From positions 224,001-288,000 of the forward strand of contig CAXBMO010000003.1 in the NCBI GenBank assembly GCA_963977015.1: a stretch of DNA of 64,000 nt, written 5' to 3'. A program made the translations under genes and the position numbers. This DNA is from an uncultured bacterium (GTDB lineage Bacteria > Verrucomicrobiota > Verrucomicrobiia > Verrucomicrobiales > DEV007). Below are positions 41,401-47,400 of the stretch, one piece after another (positions within the stretch are counted from its first letter, which is position 1; each line of letters starts with the position of its first letter). The notes under the pieces were generated by a model. That model ran no database searches, was not told the DNA's origin, and saw nothing but the letters and a program-made list of their open reading frames with translations.

Positions 41401-44400
41401 CCAGAGAGGTGACTTCATCGCCGTCAGCCAAGCCGGTAAACGTTCCGGTAACCGCGCTGCCGCTTTGGTTGTCGATCAGGGTCAGTTGAACCCCGTCCGC
41501 CGCGGCAAATCCCCCGATCGTGATCGGGTTCAAGGTGACATCCGTCAAATTCACGGTGTCGGTGACGACAACGGCGTCATTACTGCCGCTGTTCAACTCT
41601 GCGGTAAAGGTGCTGCTTGCGGTGCTGGTCAGGCTGGCCATCGCCAAGACTCCCGCCACGCCGGTTCCTGCCGGATCGATCTCGCCTCCGTCCGCGATGA
41701 CGTTGCCACTGACGACACCGGCACCACCAAGAACACCGTCGGTTTCAACCGTGACGTCGCCGGTTCCGGTCGCCGAACCCGTTGCGTTTGCGGCCAGCAG
41801 AGTGCCTGACTGGATGGTCGTTCCACCACTGTAGGTGTTCGCACCGGTCAGAGTAAGGGTGCCTCCTCCCTGCTGAACGAGACTGTTGTCTGGTTGGTAG
41901 GTACCAACCAATTCCTGACCAGGCATGATCACGTTGTCCAGCCGGACCCAGCCCCAGCCACCATCGAAGAAATCGACGAATTCAGCGGTGTAGATCGCAT
42001 CAGGATCCGCGATGTAAAGCGCAGTGAGATCCATGGTTAAACCATCGCTGTTCGCGCCGTCACTGACATTTGCCCGAGACATCACGTAATCGCCCGTAGC
42101 CACGTTGCGGATGGCCAGTCCCTGAAAGCCGCTCTGACCTTGCGAACTCGCAGGCAGATCGGCCAAATTGTCCACATCTGCACCACCGATGTCCCGCCCG
42201 TTGCTGTCGCCGCCGTGAAGATCGAAGGTGATGACGTTGTTGATGCCGTCGAGTTTGAACTCCGGAGAAACCAACCGCAGCGTTGGATGGGCTGCGTCGC
42301 CTCCAGAACTGCCGCCAAGGGTGCCGCCCGATGTGGCGACGGCTTCAACTTCGCCGGATCTGTCTGAGGCAAGGAAGCCGGACGCGAGGGTCCATCCGCC
42401 GGTGTCGCCCGTACTCGTGTTGTCAAAGGTAAACGTGCCCGCAAAGGGAGCCAGAATATCTTGGGAACCGGTATTTCCGCTGATCACGCCGGTCATGACG
42501 ATGTCGCCAGGGCCGTAGACGTTGAGTTTGGAAAATTCCAGATCGATGTCGGCTGCGATCGTCAGGGTATCGGCCAAGGAGCCAATGCCAATTTCACCGA
42601 GGGATGCGAGTTCCGCGACGAGCGTCGTCGTGGCCTCGATCGTGTTGTTACCCGCGATGTTCACCAAGGCTCCACTCCCCGTGCCGTTCCCATTCAGAGT
42701 CATGGTTTCGCCAGCGATGGTGAGAGCCGAACCGGCCAACGTATCGTCCAGAGCAAGAACAGCCCCGTCGGCTACGGTCGTAGTCCCCGAGGAATCGCCC
42801 ACCGCAGTGTTGCTTGCGGCAACCAGGGTTCCTTCCGTCACGGAGTAGCTCGCTTCGTAAAGGGAGTTGTCCCCCGCCAAGGTCGCCGTTCCGGTTCCCG
42901 TTTTGATCAGTTCTTTGATCGGGTCCGTCACCAAGACCAAATCGACTCCGCTCTGCATGTTTCCGGGATCCAGGATTTGCCATCCGTTTCCATCTCCCAC
43001 GTCGATCTGAGGCTGAAAATTCGACCCGCCGCCGCCTTCACGGTGGCGGAGTTTGATATCGTAGATTCCAGGAGCGATCGATACGGTGACTTCGGGGACA
43101 TTGGTGGTGTAGCCGTCCTGATTGAGAATTAATTCACCGCTTTCGAAGGCTCCATCGCCGCTGGTGTCGAGGTAGATCTGAAGTCCGTCATCCGCCGTGA
43201 TGCCGGTAAACTTGACGTCGTATGGCGCTCCGGCATTGAGGTCCGGAATCACCAGTTTTCCGATGAACGTGGCTGCGTAATTGTCGTTCCGGTTCAGATC
43301 CGAGAACATGGCGTTGAAGTCCGCGTCACCGTTCAGATCCAACAAATCACTGGTCAAGATTTCCTGGATCTGATCGGCATCTCCCGGTTCACCGTAGGCA
43401 TTGTTGGCAAAGACGTAACCGCGGATGCCAGAGACCACCCCCGATACCGTTTCGCCCGAAATGTCGCTGTTCACGACCACATTCCCAGCCCCAGTCAGGT
43501 TCAATCTCGCGAATCCAACGTCCATGACGTGACTTCCCGCCGTTCCCAACGTGAGCGTTCCGGACTCCGAGGAAATGGTCAAGTCCAGCTCCGAAGGACT
43601 GGTGGATGCCGTGATGTTGCCCAAAAAGGCGTTGTCCCCGTCCAGATTCACGATCGTGCCGCTCCGAGTCGCATCCCTGCCATCCAGGCCGGAGATGTTT
43701 TCCCCGGTGACCGTGACTCCGCCACTGAACGCAATCGTCGCACCACTGGAAAGGTTCACCACATCGCTACCGGCATCGGGAACAGAATCCGAACCAAGTC
43801 CGAGCGCATTGTCGTGCCCCACGATGAGGGTGCCGCCCTCCACGTTGACCTCTCCGGTGTAGCTGTTGTCGCCGGAAAGCGAGATGGTTCCGGAGCCTGT
43901 CTTGGTGATGTCGTTGGAAAAAGCAGGGACTTGGAAGCTTCCCGCGATCGCGTATTTGCTGGCGAGATACGCCTCGACGGCCAACTTTTCGTTTACGCTC
44001 AACTGGTGATCGAACGCGATCACTTCGGCGGTATCGAACAGGGAGTTACTCCAGGCATCCGTTCGGTTGCCGACGATGTATTCCCGGACCTGAGTTCCGT
44101 TATTGGGCCCGGCCGCGACTTGGAGAACCATGTATTCGCCCATGCTGGCGTTCCCCGTGGTTGCCGACATGTCGAAATTACTGGCCGAGGGAATCTCAAC
44201 CCCGTTTCGGGTCACAGAAGCGGGCAGCTCGCTCCCCCAGAACCGGTCTTGGTTGCCCTCTAACATCCACATGCGGTCGTTATCGTCGCCGTCTTTGACG
44301 CCAATCGGAGCTCCCCAACTAGGACCAAAGGTGGTCCTGTTGTCTCCGGCCCGAAACACCAAATAGACGTCACCGGCGAAGTATTCTTTATTCGTCACGG

Positions 44401-47400
44401 CCGGATCAATCTGCAGATTCTCGTTGTTGGCGTCGAATCTGACGGCGGGCAACCCATTGATTTCGTTGGTCTCGAACGTGGGACTTCCCGTGTAGCTGAC
44501 CAGATGACGTCCATTGCCTGATTGATCGGCCCACGCGGTAACCACATCGCCATCGTTGAGACTCAGGGTCGAAGCATCGTACCAGGCTTGCAAACCATTG
44601 ATGTCACTCGGCGAAGCCACAAAGCCGGTATTGACGTCGCCGACAATGTCACCGGTGACAACGAAATCTCCGTCGCCGCTAAAAACCAGACTACCGAGCC
44701 CCATATCCAGTGGGTTGGCGATTGTGAGCCGCGCATCGGTTCCCGAACCGAGCTCTGAAGCGCCTCCTAAATTGAGGGTGAACGTCTCGCCCATCAACAC
44801 TTCGCCACTGACAAGGTCGAACTTACCGCCGTTGAGAGTGAGCGCATTCAGTGTCGAGGTGGCATCGAAAGTCACTGGGCCAATCGCCCCGAAGTCCAAC
44901 TCGAGGGCTTCACCGCTGTCGATTCCAAGACTGGTGGTACCTCCGAGACCATCCTCTTGATGAATCCGGACCGAACCGCCACCGAGCAGGAAGTTGCTCA
45001 TGGAATTGCTCTGGTGGAGATCCAACAGACCCGCACCCGATTTCGTCAGTTCAAAGCCCCCTGTGACGGCACCGGTGACGGTGAGCGAGACGTCATTGAC
45101 ATGGATTGACGCGTCACCGGTCATGGTGATCGACCCGTTGATGGTGTTGGAGTTGTTGTCGTTGCGAATGGCGCCCTCGGTTCCACGCCCATCGCCCTCA
45201 ATGAAGAAGTCCTTTTCGAACGTGCGACCGTTGCGCAAAACAAGGGTTCCTTCGGAACCCCGGATGTGGACGCTTCCCACATTGGAACCCAACCCATTTG
45301 CAGCGTGAACATCGAGCCGTCCCCAGACTTCGTGACCATCCGAGCCGTCACTTCCCACGCTGATGGTTCCGTGAAAATCAGGAATGCCGACTTCCATATC
45401 CACCCGGTCCGTGCCGCTAATTTGTAAGGTAGTGGTGCTGTCTCCGGTGATCGACGCACTGCTGCGAAAGTTGAGGCGATTATCGGCATCCAGCGTAAGC
45501 GTTTTGCCACTGGCGATGGAGATCACGCCAGCGTCGAACAACCATTCATTTCCGCCGGTTGAGCGGATTTCGGCATCGTCAACCACCGTTACGTTCGCAT
45601 TCCAGAACACGTTTCCGTCCGTTCCTTTCGTCAACGCCCCTTCGGAGTTGGCATTGCCAGATCCGCTAATGAAGATGTCCGAGGTGTAGGTTCCCGTTGC
45701 GGCAATTAGAGAACCTCCATTCTCCACCGTGATGGTTCCGTCTCCCAGAGAGGTGGGACCGGCCAGACTCAAGGTCGCGTCATCAGTAACCGTCGTGGTG
45801 CCGGAATAGGTATTGGCAGCTGTAAACTCAAAGACCGCGTTGCCTTCAAACGACAAGTCGGCTGCGGCTGTTTCCATCAGGCCTCCGAGGGTGACATTGA
45901 CAGCATTATTGCCGGCAAACGTCGCGTCACCTTGGACTTGCACTGAAGCCGCCGTCCACTTTTGACCGAAATCCGCTGAATTTGTGGTCACGGTGGCCCC
46001 GGCCGTGGTGACCAGGCTCGTGATCGTCGCCTCGCGGAACCCGGTGGAGAGATCGATGACGGATGCGTTCGAAACCGTGACGGTTCCATTGAAAACGCCC
46101 TGCGGAACGGCATCGGTTTTCAAATCAAAGCGCTCCCAGGTGGCACCGTTGTCGAAACTCACCTCCGGCTGAAGCCGTGAACTGCCACCGCCCTCCCGCG
46201 CTTGGATCGCCACGTTGTAAGTCTGGCCAGCGGTTACCGCTATGGCGCTCGTGGTGTAGGTTCCCCCACGATCCGCTCCGTAGGGATCTTCCGCGCCGGA
46301 ATCAAAGGTTCCATTCCCGTCTAGATCAATCCGAATCCGGTTGGCGTCATCCGCTGAGGTATGGCGAAAAAGGGTGGTCGTCGCCGTGACGGGAACGGTC
46401 AACCTCCCGACAAAGGTCTGCCCAAAACTGTTGGGATCCGAAGGATTCCCTGAATTGTTCAATCCAAGCAATTCATTCCCCCAAAACGCGAGGAAATCAG
46501 ACTCTTGAGCAAAATAGACCTCGCCCCCCAATATCTTGGTGGCTAATTGAGTCGAATCACCGGGTAAATCGGTATCGTTGCCATTAAAGAGATACGCCAT
46601 GGCACCTTGAATCTCCGTCGACGCCGCGGGAAGTAGCTCGAACGTCGCGCCGTCCAGATTCACATTCAAATTTCCCGCCGCGCCGCCGGATGCGTCCAGT
46701 ACCGCGCCAAACGTCGCTCCGGTTGTGGCCGTGACTGTGCCGGTGAGGTCGTTGTTCGGATTGTGAAGGTTCAACTGACCAGCCGTCAGGGTGAAATCCG
46801 TCGCGGTGTCGATTTCCACAAACAGATCAACCGTCCCGCCGCCGCTCATGGTAATCGTGTTGGCAATCAGCGTGCCGTTGGTGACGGTCAGCGTCCCCGA
46901 TGTCTCGAATTGGACTTCATCCACCGTGATCGTCGCCCCGCCCAAGTCGACCGTCCCATCAACCACGCGGAAAACCGCGACCTCTGTTCCCGTGTCCGGA
47001 ACCCCGTTGTTCTGATCCCAGTTCGTGGCATCAGACCAGTTTCCGTCCCCCAGATCATTATCCCAGACGTAAGTGCTGGATGTGACTGGATTCACGAAGG
47101 AAACCAAGCGATCCCCTGAACCCTCGGCATCCTCCGGGTCCGTTACTGTGAAGCGGATTTGTCGAGCGGTGGTTTCGGGAGTTCCGTTGGCGTTCACGTA
47201 GCTAACGGCTCGCAGGGCGGCCTCGTAATCCGCCACCGAAGCGGTGCCGGTGAAAACGATGCGATCCTGCGTCGTACTAGGATCCAACGTAATCCCTACC
47301 GGCAACGCTCCCGCCGCCAGAACATCCTCAGGGAGTCCCCCGCCGACGATCTCCACGACGGCACCCGCCAGATTTGCATCATTGCCATCGCTGACCGTGA

